A stretch of DNA of 64,000 nt from positions 22,384,001 to 22,448,000 of the forward strand of contig NC_087436.1 of the NCBI RefSeq assembly GCF_036321535.1, in the 5' to 3' direction. Both the position numbers and the translations under genes were made by a program. Below the pieces are notes generated by a model. That model worked only from the letters and a program-made list of their open reading frames with translations. It had not been told where the DNA came from and ran no database searches. The stretch comes from Camelus dromedarius (Eukaryota). Shown one piece after another: positions 1-11,962 of the stretch. How positions within the stretch are numbered: position 1 is the first letter of the stretch; every line of letters starts with the position of its first letter.

Positions 1-357
1 CATCCTCCCCTCCCCCCCCCCGTTATTTGATATATAAGCTGCCTCCTCACCCAGGTTTGTGATGAAGAAAGTCTCATGCTTGTGCTTCTCCAGATTGAGG
101 GAATGCCTAAATGGCAGAAAGGGTATAATTTCTTCCTTTACTGTGAAACCTCTAAACCTGTAGCAGGGGCGCTCAGAGACAGAGAATATGAGGAAAGGGG
201 GTGGAGGGGGTAGTTGGAAGAAGAAGGGTTGGTAGAACGAAAGTACTATTTTCTTAAGAGGACTTGAAAACCTTCACGAATAGAACAACGGTTTGTCCAT
301 CCGTTGATTTTTCTCTATGCTTTTGTAAAGGGAAATATCCAGCTTGAAGACTACAAA

Positions 358-836
358 TGTCGACTGAAATAAATGTGCAGCCTAAAAGTTAAGAGTTATG
401 TTTTATTTGGCAGGAGGACTCGAGCCGGGATGGCAGCCTCTTAGATCGCCCTGAGGGGCTGCTCCGAAGAGGTAGGGGAGGAGGTAGGATATAGAGGAGC
501 TTTACAACAAAGACCAGGTAGTTGGAGTAATAAGAGATTACTTGTTATCTAAAGAAAACCAGGCATCTCAAGTTAAAGAATTTAGTGCTTTTCTGTGTAT
601 GGGAGGAAGCACACATTTGGGCTCACTGAATTCATTCTTCTGACAAGCACCTAGCTGTCTAGGGCCAGTATCCTGTCCTTTATTATTCTGAGTCCCCTCA
701 GGGAGCACCATTGTGAGTAGCTGCAAGGCTGGGCTGCAGGCTTGTCTTCACTGGAGGGGGGGCGGCAGTCGCTGACAACTTGATGGTTTCAACCTTCTTT
801 GTTTACTGATATGATTTGCAGTATTTTTCGTTCACA
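358..836 (-). mobile_element. Solo ERV1 LTR, MER41-like
   Basis: TG...CA termini; near-TSD CAAA/CAAG; TTTATT near 404 (AATAAA on minus); R/U5 resembles remembered MER41-type LTRs. Confidence 0.8.
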
Positions 837-1574
837 CAAGAATGAAAAGCAGAGGTGGAAAAACAAATGAAGTCTATTAGTCTGTGTTTTCTGTTGGCTA
901 ACTCCAGTGTTGGAGGACGGGGACGGGTGGGTCTACACCCTCAAAAACACGCCACAATCAGTATTAGGTAAGTCAGGAAGTGTGACGTTCAAAAGACTAA
1001 TTCCTGTACCACCATCGGGCTTGAGAGACTGGAAGAGACTGGTTAAGGACCCAAACTCCTCAGCCAGCTGTTTGAGAGTAAATCACCAGCATCGAGGTGA
1101 CAGGAAGCTATCCTCTGCTCATGGGCCAATAAGAAATGGCGCCAGTCCTTCAATAAGAAATGGCGCCATCTGAGAGCGGACAGCATTTATTTGCTCCCAG
1201 AAACATACCATAAAATGTCTTTTAATTATTTTCTACATTATCAGAAGGAACACCAATTTTCTAAGAGGTAAGGACCATTCTTTGATGTCCCAAATTGATG
1301 ACTTCTTCGATGGCTTCCTAGTCAGAGTGGCCAGGTAATTTTAATTCTAGAATTTGAGAACGCAGTTCTGGTAGTGACTCGAATTCTTAACTCAGACTCT
1401 GTTCTCTTCCTCACAAAGATCCCTGGATTCTTATAGCCTGTATGCTTGACACTTAATACACTAATTTATGAAATAATGGCTAACAGTTTCCGTCTTGATG
1501 GCTTACATCAGCGAGGTCCAGCCTGGGATGTATAAGAGAAGACATGGAAGGTCTCTCTGATTTTCAATAACAAG

Positions 1575-1948
1575 GCTACTACCTAACACTTTGGAGCACC
1601 TACTATGTGCCTTGCAATATGTTGCTTTATGCTTAATTTTCATTTATTTTGTAATAAATCTTAGAAATGTGATTGCTTGTCTCTAATCTAATCAAACTTT
1701 CTCATACACCACAATCACCTGGAGGGCTTTTGAAAACACAGACTTGGGGGTTTCTAACTCCATAGGTCTGCGGTGGAGTCTGAAAATGTGCACTTTTAAA
1801 AAGTTTCATGTGATGCTGATAATGATTATCTGCCTTGAGGATGACTGTATCCTTATATGGTGTTATCTGAATTTCATACCCAGGACCAGGTCACACAGCT
1901 AACAGCTGGAGGAGGTGACTCTAACACAAGACTGTGTGCTGCAAAGCT
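1575..1948 (-). mobile_element. MIR SINE remnant split by a MER5-type element
   Basis: GAGCACCTACTATGTGCC on the left and GGTCACACAGCTA on the right are reverse-strand MIR motifs. Confidence 0.6.
1690..1850. mobile_element. MER5A-like hAT-Charlie DNA transposon
   Basis: AATCACCTGGAGGGCTT...TAGGTCTGCGGTGGAGTCTGAAAATGTGCACTTT...GTGATGCTGAT resembles the MER5A consensus. Confidence 0.7.
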
Positions 1949-1950
1949 TT

Positions 1951-1974
1951 AAAAAAAAAAAAAAAAAAAAAAAA
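1951..1974 (+). repeat. Poly(A)24 tract
   Basis: Uninterrupted A run. Confidence 0.95.
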
Positions 1975-2844
1975 GGATTTGTATTTATCTACAATGCAAG
2001 TGCTATAAGGTTAGCTGAAATGTAGTACTTCTTTCCTCCGGTTGGAGAAAAAGAGAGTGTTTCCACTGATAACCTGTTAGGTGAAGTTAAGCAAAGCCTC
2101 CTTGATGAATTACATCTGCGAAATGAGCTTTTATATGATACATGTCCAGAAAAAAAAAATCAAAACCCAAGGTCCAAGAGGAGAAAAAACATTAGAGAGG
2201 CTTAGGTAGTCACAATGTTGGAAGCCTGTGCCTGCAGGCGGAGTGCAGGCCTGTTGCCCTATAAAAGTCCTTTTGAGCTGAAACCTTATGTAATTCCCAA
2301 GCTGCCGTATTAGGCAATAAACCATTTTGTAAGGAGGTTAGCATTGCCTAGAGACACTCTAAGATACAGAATTAATCAAAATTTAATTTTTCCCCTCAGC
2401 TATCTTGAGTTTTGTTTTACTTTGTAGTTGGGTTCAAATCTAAAACTTTAGTGATTTAGAAACATCTCTTACTAGGAAGAGAGAGGTAAGCCAAAAACTA
2501 CCTGCCTATCAAAGCTAAAAGAAGTTTTTTGCAAGACACAAACCTGCCAGTTCAAGGTACTTCCAACTCGGGATGTGTGTGTGGACGAAGATGGAAAGTG
2601 CACACAAAAATGGAAACAGACGCGCCTGGCTGGAGGGGAGAGACGTTATTTTTCAGTTGCTCCTCTTCCCAGCACGAGGGATGTGAGGTTTGTATTTCAA
2701 ATCAGTTTGACTGTCTCAAGGCAAATCAGCACACATTTCTGGGGAGGGGAAAGACAGAGACCCAAATGTCACTGGAGTGCTTAATTATACCCACCTCGGA
2801 GGTCTGTGGTCTTCTAGGTTTTCATAGCTATCCTGAGGGGTGGT

Positions 2845-2950
2845 TATTGTTATTTCCTTTTCACAAATAGGAAACTGAAGCTCTGGAGGCTGGTAATTGC
2901 CTGATAGCCCCCGATAAGAAGTGATAGGAGTAATCTGAGTGCAAATCAAC
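2845..2950 (-). mobile_element. MIR core fragment
   Basis: TTTTCACAAATAGGAAACTGAAGCTCTGGAGG, MIR core motif. Confidence 0.55.
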
Positions 2951-3559
2951 ATGGCTATAGATCCATGCTCCTGCCTTTATATCCCATGGCCAGGATCCAT
3001 CAGAGACTCCACCCATTTCCCCTCGAGAAGCAGGGTTGAAACGTACAAGAAGTGTAAGCTTAGAGACAGCTGTTGTAACTCACCCTGCTGTCCCTCTGCA
3101 CCTGTCTCAGCTTCATGTTCTGGTCTACACAGATTCTGTGAATTCTGCAGGAATCCCAGGCTTTTGACATAGCTCTTTACTGACTTCTCTGGCCTTTGCC
3201 TTTGTGAAAATTCAATAAAGTATTTTTGTTTAAATATCATCAAAACAAAATTCAAAATATAAATGGTTTGAGTAGGTAGTTTTAAAATAGACGTGAGAAA
3301 CTGCAAAAGAATTTTAAAAACGGACTGAACTTCAAAGTACAAAGCTGACTCAGCAAAGCTTTGGGGTGTGTAGGGAAGGAAAAAAGGAGGGTGAGGAGAT
3401 GGAGGAGGAAGGAAAATGGGAAAGTTAAAGTACCCTGTGTGAAATTACTAGTTTTGCCTTTTTATGTGTTACTTGAGAAATTTGTATGAATATCAGAAAA
3501 GACACAAACTTTGATGGCATGGAAAAGTGCAGCATAATTCTCACATATATGAGGACAAA

Positions 3560-4510
3560 AGAAAGAAGTAAATTGATGGAACTATTGGAAATAAAGGAAA
3601 ACGAAATTAATAAAGTAAAATAAATGATACATACAAGTAAAACGAAAGGAATAAAATCAAGTAAATTAGTTAAAGCAAGTATTTCCTTTTAATAGGGCAG
3701 ACTGTAATATTTACATTTTGAAAAAATATTATGCCGTTTATAGAGGACAAAGTATTAAGTCTGAGTTTAAATTAGAGATGGTAAAAGAGATATTATTCAA
3801 ATATAGTTGCAACCACAAAAGAAACAGGAGTGACTATATTTATGTCATACATGGAACAGTTTAAGGTTATATTTACTTACCAAAACAGAGAGGGAAATTA
3901 AGTAACTATGAAAAGCAAATTTTCTGAACAACAACAACAAAAAAGCATAAATCTGAATTAATCCTACACAAATATAAAATTGAAATTATTAAAAAAGCAA
4001 AGGGGACTTACTAAAAATAATAGAAGATTTCAAAACATTTATTTAAAATTAGAACAGATTTTATAAATAAGAAATAAGTAATAACTCTCAAATTTGCTAG
4101 AGATAGATAGAACTTTAAATAGCTTGACTAAAAATATTTTGTGTATGTTCACTGAACTTCTAAAAATTCTGTGTACCAACTGAGAAACAATATTTTAAAT
4201 TTTAAAAAGTATGACTCTTACAGACCAATTCTCTAATCCTGAGGATATAAACTTTAGGGGGAAACTTTTAGTACATCAAAATTAGAAAATTAACTTTGAG
4301 GTAGTGGTTGAATCAAAGAAGCATTTAAGCCTAAAAAAGACAAATTATCAAAAAAACTGTAAAGGAGGAATGGTATTACAAAAATCGATTTACAATAAAA
4401 AAAAATCTATTGGACATATCCAAAGCTCTTTTTAGAGAAAAATACATAGCAATATACTTGTATTATTAAGATGAAAGTAGAAAAATTAAAATAAAACTGG
4501 TACTTATATC
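3560..4510 (+). mobile_element. Ancient L1 ORF2 (endonuclease-region) relic
   Basis: Very A-rich, with decayed motifs such as CAACCACAAAAGAAACAGGAGTGACTATATT and ATAATAGAAGATTTCAAAACA; no open frame. Confidence 0.6.
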
Positions 4511-4587
4511 AGTCAAGATCTTTAGTGGGAATCACAAAAATTCAGAGAATCTACTCTAGTAAATAGAAAATAAATATATAAAAGCAT

Positions 4588-4785
4588 TATGATGGTCAAT
4601 TTTATATATCAACTTCACTGGGCCTTGGGGTACCCAAATATCTGGTCAAACATTATTGGACGTTTTGCTAAGGGTGTCCTTGAGGAGATTAACATTTAAA
4701 TCAGTTGTCTGAGTCCATTGGATTGCCCTTTCCAATGTGGGTAAGCCTCATCCAATCAGCTGAAGATCTGAATGGAGCAAAAGCA
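4588..4785 (+). mobile_element. MLT2 (ERVL) LTR 5' fragment
   Basis: TGATGGTCAATTTTATATATCAACTT...GAGATTAACATTTAAATCAG...CCTCATCCAATCAGCTGAAG, typical of MLT2. Confidence 0.8.
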
Positions 4786-5175
4786 AATAAAACATTCGGC
4801 TGCAGAAGCTCAGTAATGTCACCATCTGTCTGCTGGTCCAGGCATCACCTCAGTCAAGGAGGTGAGAGGGTCTGAGCTAGGCAGAGTCTCCCAAGAACCC
4901 ACAAAATCACCCCACAAAGGGAAGTATTAGCAAGTCATGCATCTGTCACAATCACTCTGAAATAGTCCCTGATGACAAATTACAACCACAAGTCATGTTG
5001 TATTCTCTTACTCCACATCCTGTCTCTTCCAGCCGCAAGAAGCAGCTGGTTAGTCAGGGGAAGTGAGGGAGTGTGTCCTGCTTACAGTAAGCCCACACTG
5101 GGAGAGGAGAAAGCTTTAATTCAAATAGACAAGAATGAGGATTTCTGATATTCACACTGTCTTCCAGTAATGTGC

Positions 5176-5274
5176 TTTTTTTTTTTTTTTTTTTTTTTTT
5201 AGGCACTGGAGATTGAACCCAGGACCTTGTGCATGCTAAGCACTCACTCTACCACTGAGCGATACCCTCCTCCC
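5176..5274 (-). mobile_element. Camelid tRNA-derived SINE (Vic-1-type), short form
   Basis: On minus: GGGAGGAGGGTATCGCTCAGTGGTAGAG (A box)...GGTCCTGGGTTCAATCTC (B box), then A25 tail. Confidence 0.85.
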
Positions 5275-5289
5275 GACAAGTATGCCTTA

Positions 5290-5545
5290 AGTGAGTGTCT
5301 TCAATGTGCTCACCACCTTTTTAGTGCACACACACATACACACAGAAAAAGAAAAGGAAAAACAAAATCTTTGCCCTCAAGGAACTTACTAGTGAAAGAA
5401 GACAGAAAACAAAACTAGTAAATTATTTATCAGAAGGCAGAAAACAAACAGCACAAAGGACAATATGGAATGCTGGGGTGGAAGAGAGACTTGAAATTGT
5501 AAATAAGATGCTCAAGGAAGATAACATTTGAGCAAAGACTTGTTG
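5290..5545 (-). mobile_element. L2 3' fragment
   Basis: TCTTTGCCCTCAAGGAACTTAC and GATAACATTTGAGCAAAGACTT, reverse-strand L2 motifs. Confidence 0.6.
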
Positions 5546-6735
5546 GTTGTGGTAACTACCCTGAAGGGACTTTTAGTACCTAGAAAAAGAGAAAAAGAGA
5601 GAGAGAGAGATTTTTATCATTCAGGAGTCATTGGGAAAGCTATGGAATTTATATGAGTTTTAATCTGGAGCAGGAAAGACTATTGCACAGAGTGAATTTA
5701 GTAGGGACTGGCAAGAAAGAATAAAGTATCTTCGTGAGTTCAAACTGACTCACTTTATTAAAGTGATTATAAATAATTCAAAGACAGGAGCATGCAGCAG
5801 CAGATTCCACAACTGCCAGCATCCTATGTACTTAAAAAGTGCTTATTTGATGTTCCAATTGCACTCAGGGAAAAATATCTCTACTTACAGGGTCCAATCT
5901 AAAGGCCTTTGTAGCTTCCTCTATAGCTCTTTGCACAATTGGACTCTTCCATAGTCCAAGAATAGTTCTGTGATTTTCAAGAGGGAGACATGGTGATTAC
6001 TTCAGTTAAGAGTGTAGCTCCTCTCTGGGGTATGTAGGTAAGAGTGCACTTTTCAGGGTGGATGCTTAGAGGACTGGTTTTCTTTAAATTCATTGTGTTC
6101 CCAAAGGTCAGAGGTTTTTCTCTTGCTTCCTTGAGATACAGAAATAGTATCAGAAGGCAGTTCCCTTACTTCATATTCATAATTCGCCAGCTCAGGGAAT
6201 GAATGAAAAAGAGAACTCCTCTGTTTCACTTGGCAGTCTGTCAATACGAAATATTCACATGCTCGCAATTATAAATAGAGGATGTAATACCACTTTTCCC
6301 AAGCCTCATGATCTAATCCACGTCTTAGGTAAATGGCAAGGCTATTTCTGAAGGTTTTTGGTTGGTAGAGAGACCCCCTAAGCACAATTTTATAAATAGA
6401 TAGATTGCCTGTCTTCACAACTAGAATGTAAGCTCTATGACGCCTAACACTTTGCCTTATTTACTGTTGTTAAAAGAAAAAGGAATGAATTTCTCAATGT
6501 ATCTTATAATTTCTTATAATAAAGCATATAACTAAATGCATTCATCTATCCCATAGGTAAAATGTGTCTTTTGTAACATAACTGCATAAATTCTGGTGGC
6601 ATGAACTTAGCGTTTTGAAGGAGAGAGAGGTTTTTCAGAACCAGACTAATATGAAACAGTGGTGCAAGAACAATGGGGAAGAAGTTGCTTAACATCATTC
6701 TTTCCAAGTGTTTTGTTTGCATTATTTTACTTACA

Positions 6736-6885
6736 TATCACAACCATTTTATGTAGAGTAACACTACTATCCTAATTTTGCAGATGAGGAAACTGAGGCT
6801 GAAGTGGGTCAAGTAACGTGTCCAAAGTCATGTAGCCAAAAAACAACAGAGTAAATATTCAAACCCAGTTCTGTGTGGCTCTGAA
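6736..6885 (-). mobile_element. MIR SINE
   Basis: ATTTTGCAGATGAGGAAACTGAGGCT...AAGTAACGTGTCCAAAGTCA. Confidence 0.85.
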
Positions 6886-7388
6886 CTTCAATTTTATTGG
6901 GAGCTGCTGGTCTTACCAAAGTCTGAATTATTTTGACCAGAAGATGCCATGTTCAATCTCATCTATAGCTTTATTCAGATGTTTGAACTGTCAGGGCTTT
7001 TTAAAGCTTGCTGGGAAAGTCTGCATTGACAAAATTGGAATCCTAGAATTCCACTTCCTGAAACATAAACTGAGAGGTATTGAGTCTTGTGTTTTCAGGA
7101 TGGTTTAGCAATGAATGATTCAAGTGGAAAATAGATAAGAGACCATGTTGACACATAGCCTCAATTCAAAGGAAATTGGTGAGGTCAGTGTAGGGGTATG
7201 GAAATGATTTTCTTCTTTTTGTTTGTGCAAGTAACTCAAGTGGCTTGCCCTAAATCTTCCACTAAATTTATGTACTTTGAAGTAGGGCATGTTCTGTAAG
7301 TCTGGATGGTCCTGTGATACGTTATCAGATGGGATCCTAGCAGGAATCCAGGCACTAACAAATGAAGTGTTTAAGAGACTGGGACTTT

Positions 7389-7505
7389 AAAAAGTTGGGC
7401 AAAGGATCTGAATAGATATTTCTCCCCAAACGATAAGCAAATAGTGAAGTATATGAAAAAATGCTCAACATCACTACCCATCAGGAAAATGCAAATCAAA
7501 ACCTT
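7389..7505 (+). mobile_element. L1 ORF2 C-terminal fragment
   Basis: TGGGCAAAGGATCTGAATAGATATTTCTCC...ATGCTCAACATCACTA...GAAAATGCAAATCAAAACC. Confidence 0.85.
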
Positions 7506-7831
7506 ACCACTTTCTAACATCCTATGAATATATTTATTTATAACATTTATTGTTTAATATTGTCTTTGGGGAAGGAATCTTTGTCTAATTTGCTTACAGA
7601 TATGTCTCAAGTGCCCAGTACATCAATAGATAATTCAAAATTGTTTTTTGAACAAATGAAGCTTACAAAGACCGTATTTTCAGCCTTGCACAATTGTGTT
7701 TTGTAATTGTATTTAGCTGTCTTTTCCCCTTGTGAAACCACGTTTTCTGTTGTTGAGAGTTAGTATTATACTTTATTTATCTTTGCATCTCTAATGTTTC
7801 CTAGTATTTGGCATCTAGTGGATGTATAAGA

Positions 7832-8130
7832 TGTAATTGTTACACAGACAATTACCCCCAAACTTAGAACCTTACAACAATCCCCACCTATTACTCCTCA
7901 TGAGTTCTTGGGTCAGTTGGTCAGTTGCTCCCGCTGCTCTCAGCTGGACTCATTTATTTGTTTCCAGTTAGCTGCAGGATGCTAGCACCTTGATGATCTG
8001 GACTAGGCTCTGTACGTCTGGGGCCAGGGCTGAGACACCTGGCTAACTGGGCTAGTCCACACGATCTCTCATCCTCCAGCAGACTAGAGTGGGCTCACTC
8101 ATAGAATGGAAGTCCACAATTAACTCCTGG
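7832..8130 (-). mobile_element. MLT1 (ERVL-MaLR) LTR fragment
   Basis: ACAATTACCCCCAAAACTTAG...CTCAGCTGGACTCA...TCTCTCATCCTCCAGCAGACTAG. Confidence 0.7.
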
Positions 8131-8228
8131 TGCTCCAGTCACCACTCTTCCTGGGTCAGAGCACACCATTTTATGTATATATCCTTATATATATACAAGT
8201 ACCTAAATATATACATATATACATTTGT

Positions 8229-8230
<2 letters not shown>

Positions 8231-8261
<31 letters not shown>
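8231..8261 (+). repeat. (AC)15 microsatellite
   Basis: Perfect dinucleotide run. Confidence 0.95.
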
Positions 8262-8262
<1 letters not shown>

Positions 8263-8929
8263 TTCCCCCCAATGCTGTGAGACTGTTTCTGACGTTTGGA
8301 TCCAGCACAGAACAGGACACTTTTGAACAATGATAGGAGCCAACGTTCACATCATCACAATCAGGGTGTTGGGGTGAAGTCAAAGCTCCTGAACCAAGCA
8401 ATACATTAATTGGGTGGAAAATAAGGAAGTCTGCCAAGGTTTAGATTTAACGCAAATTAAAGAGATGGAAATCTAAGCTAAAATCTTTGTTCATTTCCCA
8501 CAAAAGAAAGCCTGCTCTTTGAGGAGTTTAAGAATCTTGCTCACTGATGGGATGAGAGTAGATTGCTGGCAAAGCCTGAAGGAAGACAGTGCGCACCACG
8601 ACCTCCTCTGCTAGAGTCTCAGCACCAGCATGCCTTTTGAGCACCTGTGTTTAATAGCTTCTGATTTCTCCAAACTTCATTTTTCTCTGCAAAAACGAGG
8701 CAGTGCATAGGCAAATTAAACCCTCACAGGAGTGATTCCCACAGGGGTTCTGTGGCTGCTCTGTGAGTGGCTTCCTCTGACCTCCCATGGTTTCACTCTT
8801 TGTCACAGGGTGGTGTGACAGCAGACCCTGGGAGCAGAAGGCAGAGCTAACATTGAGAGGAAGGGAGAAGTGAAGTCAACTTTCCTGAACAAGAGAAAGG
8901 TTGAGGGAAACGCTCTTTCCTTCTCTTTA

Positions 8930-9731
8930 GCCATTGTTTCTTTCTATTTGACGTGTTTTCTTTATAATCACATTCTAGTTAAAATAGTACCTTTGTTTTC
9001 ATTAATCACAACTCTTACTTTTATCATCTTTTTAAAAAATTTTCTTTGGTTGACTCTAGTATCCATCTTCTAAATTTTAAAAATAAATCTTAGCACAATT
9101 GATTTTAAACAATCTTCTTTTCTAATACAAATACTTAAGACTGTAAATCCCTCTCAAAGTATTCCTTTGACCACAACTCATAGGTTTAGCTTTATAAGCT
9201 TTTCATTATCTTCTATTGTCATACTATCCTAGGAATTATGTATTTCTTTTAAATTTTAATTTATACAACATGAATTGTGTAGTGCTTTTTTTGAAAAAAA
9301 TTCAAATACATGGGACCTTTTTTCTTTCACCTTTTAAAAAATAACTTCTAACTTAATTAGATTGTCATTAGAGCTCATGATCTGTGTAATATATGTGGTA
9401 TCTTTGAAATGTATTGTGTTCATTTCCTTTATGATAAAATGTCATAATAAACCTTCTATATACACTTAAGAAGTATATGTATTCTTTAATTGCTGGCTGC
9501 AAAATGTACATATGTACACTAGGTTTAAATTTGTTAAGTACATTGTTCAGATCTGTATACTTCCTGATTAGTTTTGTGGTTTATCTATCAATTGAGAGCA
9601 ACATGTTGAAATCTATGATGGTGGATTTATCAACTTATCCCTTAACTATATTCTAGGCTTTTTAAAACTTGGTGCATACATGTTTTAAATTGTAAGAGCT
9701 TACTTCATGAAAATTTTTATCATTGGATAAT
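8930..9731 (-). mobile_element. Ancient L1 ORF2 relic interrupted by an ERV
   Basis: T-rich, with ATGTTGAAATCT...ATGGTGGATTTATC and TTGGTGCATACATGTTT reverse-strand L1 motifs. Confidence 0.65.
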
Positions 9732-10316
9732 TGAAGGAAGATTAATAAAATGGCCACACTTAGGCTAACAGATTGCTCGTTCTTATGCTTGCCCTTAAAA
9801 CGGTCAACTGACCTGACTGAGCGGTTGCTACTCACAGTTTCAGGCCCACTGTTAAAACTAAAGCTATTGATCTTACTCTTTCTACTTTATTCCAGTCATT
9901 GAAAGTAATAATCAGGCTTGGTCTCTGAGTCCTTCTCTAAGGAGAAGGTCACAGGACTGCAACCTTACAAAATAGCCTGAATTACCATGAAGACTACACC
10001 TTGAGTGCTTACGAGATAAAGAGATCCAACCACTGGCCTCTAGAGAATTGATTTCCTAGAGGCATCACGACACCATTCTGTCTTCTGATGAAAAAATGAT
10101 TCTGTTGATTGTTATCAATGCCTCATTATTTGAGCTATGGCTATATAACCACCCCTCCCCGTCCCCAAGGTGCACTTACAGTTGTGAAGGCACCAGTCTG
10201 CTTTGAGTCCCCTTTGCCTGGCAAAGCAATAAAATTGCCTCTTTTCTTCTAAGCTTCAGGACCTTATCTCTGGGTTATTTGGCTCGTCAGGGACGGGGGC
10301 AGATCTTTCGGCAACA
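9732..10316 (+). mobile_element. ERV 5' LTR (ERV1-like, 585 bp)
   Basis: TGAAGG...GGCAACA termini; TATATAA 10142-10148; AATAAA 10228-10233; followed directly by a PBS. Confidence 0.85.
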
Positions 10317-10770
10317 AACTCATGGCGCCCACGCGAGGCATGAAACACCCTCTCTTCTAAGAGGGGCTTCAGGTTCTACCCCGCTACCAGGCCAACAAGG
10401 CTCAAATGATTGCCACTCCGGGCCATCGGGAGGGACAACGGAGAACGGAGCCCAGCAGCTGCCAGGGCCCTTTTGCCCTGGGGATCCTTTCATCCCTTCC
10501 CTTTCCTCCCGTCAGCGGACTGCAGTCGCCTGAACTAACTCCTTGGAGGAAGAGAAGATGGTTCTGCTTCTTCTGAAGCGTCGCATCTGATCAGCAGGCC
10601 TAGGATAAATTCCCAGTGACGACCGAGGCCCCTTGATCTCGCCTTGAGAGTTCTCTAATTAGACAGGTGGGAACTCTCATTTGTATTTGAGTTTTTCTTA
10701 ATTCTTTTCTTTGTTCTTTTAGGGTTTTTAGGGCTGAGATCTTTAATATTTGGGAGGCCGATGGTTGAAG
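10317..10770 (+). mobile_element. ERV internal 5' leader, truncated (no gag/pol/env, no 3' LTR)
   Basis: GC- and CpG-rich segment after the PBS that gives way abruptly to AT-rich old-L1-like sequence. Confidence 0.7.
10323..10339 (+). other. Retroviral primer-binding site, tRNA-Lys(CUU)-like
   Basis: TGGCGCCCACGCGAGGC versus canonical TGGCGCCCAACGTGGGGC (one gap, two mismatches), 6 nt after the LTR end. Confidence 0.75.
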
Positions 10771-11962
10771 TTCATTTTTCTATAACTCTATTCTATTTAT
10801 GTTTTATAACAAATACAGCTAAATTTTTAAATGTTTATTTCATATTGCTAATATCTTCCCTTACCTATTTTCATGTGTTTATTAGGCTAATTTTAAAGTC
10901 TTGGTTCTTTTGTTTTTGTACTTTTGCTTTAATGGAATCTTTCATGCAGTATGTTGTCTTTCTTCTTAAATAGTTGGACTTTTCAAAAGTTTTATTATTT
11001 TGGCCTGTGAGGTTTTGTTTTCTGGTTTTTTTTTCTTTCTTTTTTTTTTTTTCTTTTTTTTGGTACTAGCCATGCTGTCAGGTGGTGCATGTTGGGGGAA
11101 AGCCATCTCCAGTTCAGGGAAGCTCAATGATCTCATGGAATTAAGGGTGAATGAACCCCAGGGTCTAAAAGGAAAATAAAATAACAAAACACTCCTAAGT
11201 CCTCTCAGATAAAGCCTTTATTTCCTGATAGATCCATGTATCAGAAGAAGTGCCTCTTTAAAGTGTAATTCACCAGTCCTTGGAAAATTTGAAAAGGGAA
11301 GTGTTGGAAAGTGACTACCTAAACGTAGTTCTTTTTATTATGATTGTTTTCTTTTAATCTGATGCGCATAGCACAAGGCTTCTTATCTGGCATGAGTTTA
11401 CTTTTGATGACAGCTCGACTGGAGCTTTGGGCAGCAGCAGGTGCCAGGACGGGCACCGTTTGTCCCTAGGCAATGTCAGGGGAGAAACAAAAGGTGAACT
11501 CCAGCAGTTCCCTTACATTTTATCCTTCCACATCTCACCTGGCTGTTTTCTCCCCTGGGTGAAAACCACATTTCTACACAAGGCTTCAAAATAATCCCTG
11601 CCACACCAGGAGTTTTAAAATCATTTTCTGATTTTCTTTTCTTTTTCTTTTTTTTTCCCTTTGTTTTCCCCTACAGTCGTTTAGGGATTGACTTTGCAGT
11701 GAGGAATCCAGCCGTCTTGCTGGTTCAACATTTTAGTGGGAACCTGGACCTACAATGATATTTTAAAATGGAATGTTGAGCCATAATTTTTTAAATTAAA
11801 CGTTTACGTTTGATATGTTTATAGGTTTCCATGCAGTTGTTAAGACATAATACAGAGAGATCCCAAGGACACTTTGTCCAGTTTCCCCTTGTGGTAACAT
11901 CTTGCAAACTACAGAAAAATATCACAAGCAGGAAACTGATGGTGATACAGTTAAGATTGTTA

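Noticed and set aside
31..38. TATATAAG after a C-tract
   Set aside because: At the window edge with no supporting exon or CpG context; a common motif
4297..4318. let-7-like string TGAGGTAGTGGTTG
   Set aside because: Inside a decayed L1 relic, with no star arm or pre-miRNA hairpin
5176..5274. Apparent tRNA gene (also 12785-12865)
   Set aside because: Poly(A) tail and degenerate cloverleaf show it is a SINE
6053..6268. Hydrophilic 71-aa minus-strand ORF
   Set aside because: Non-ATG start, no convincing splice-site pair, no recognisable family
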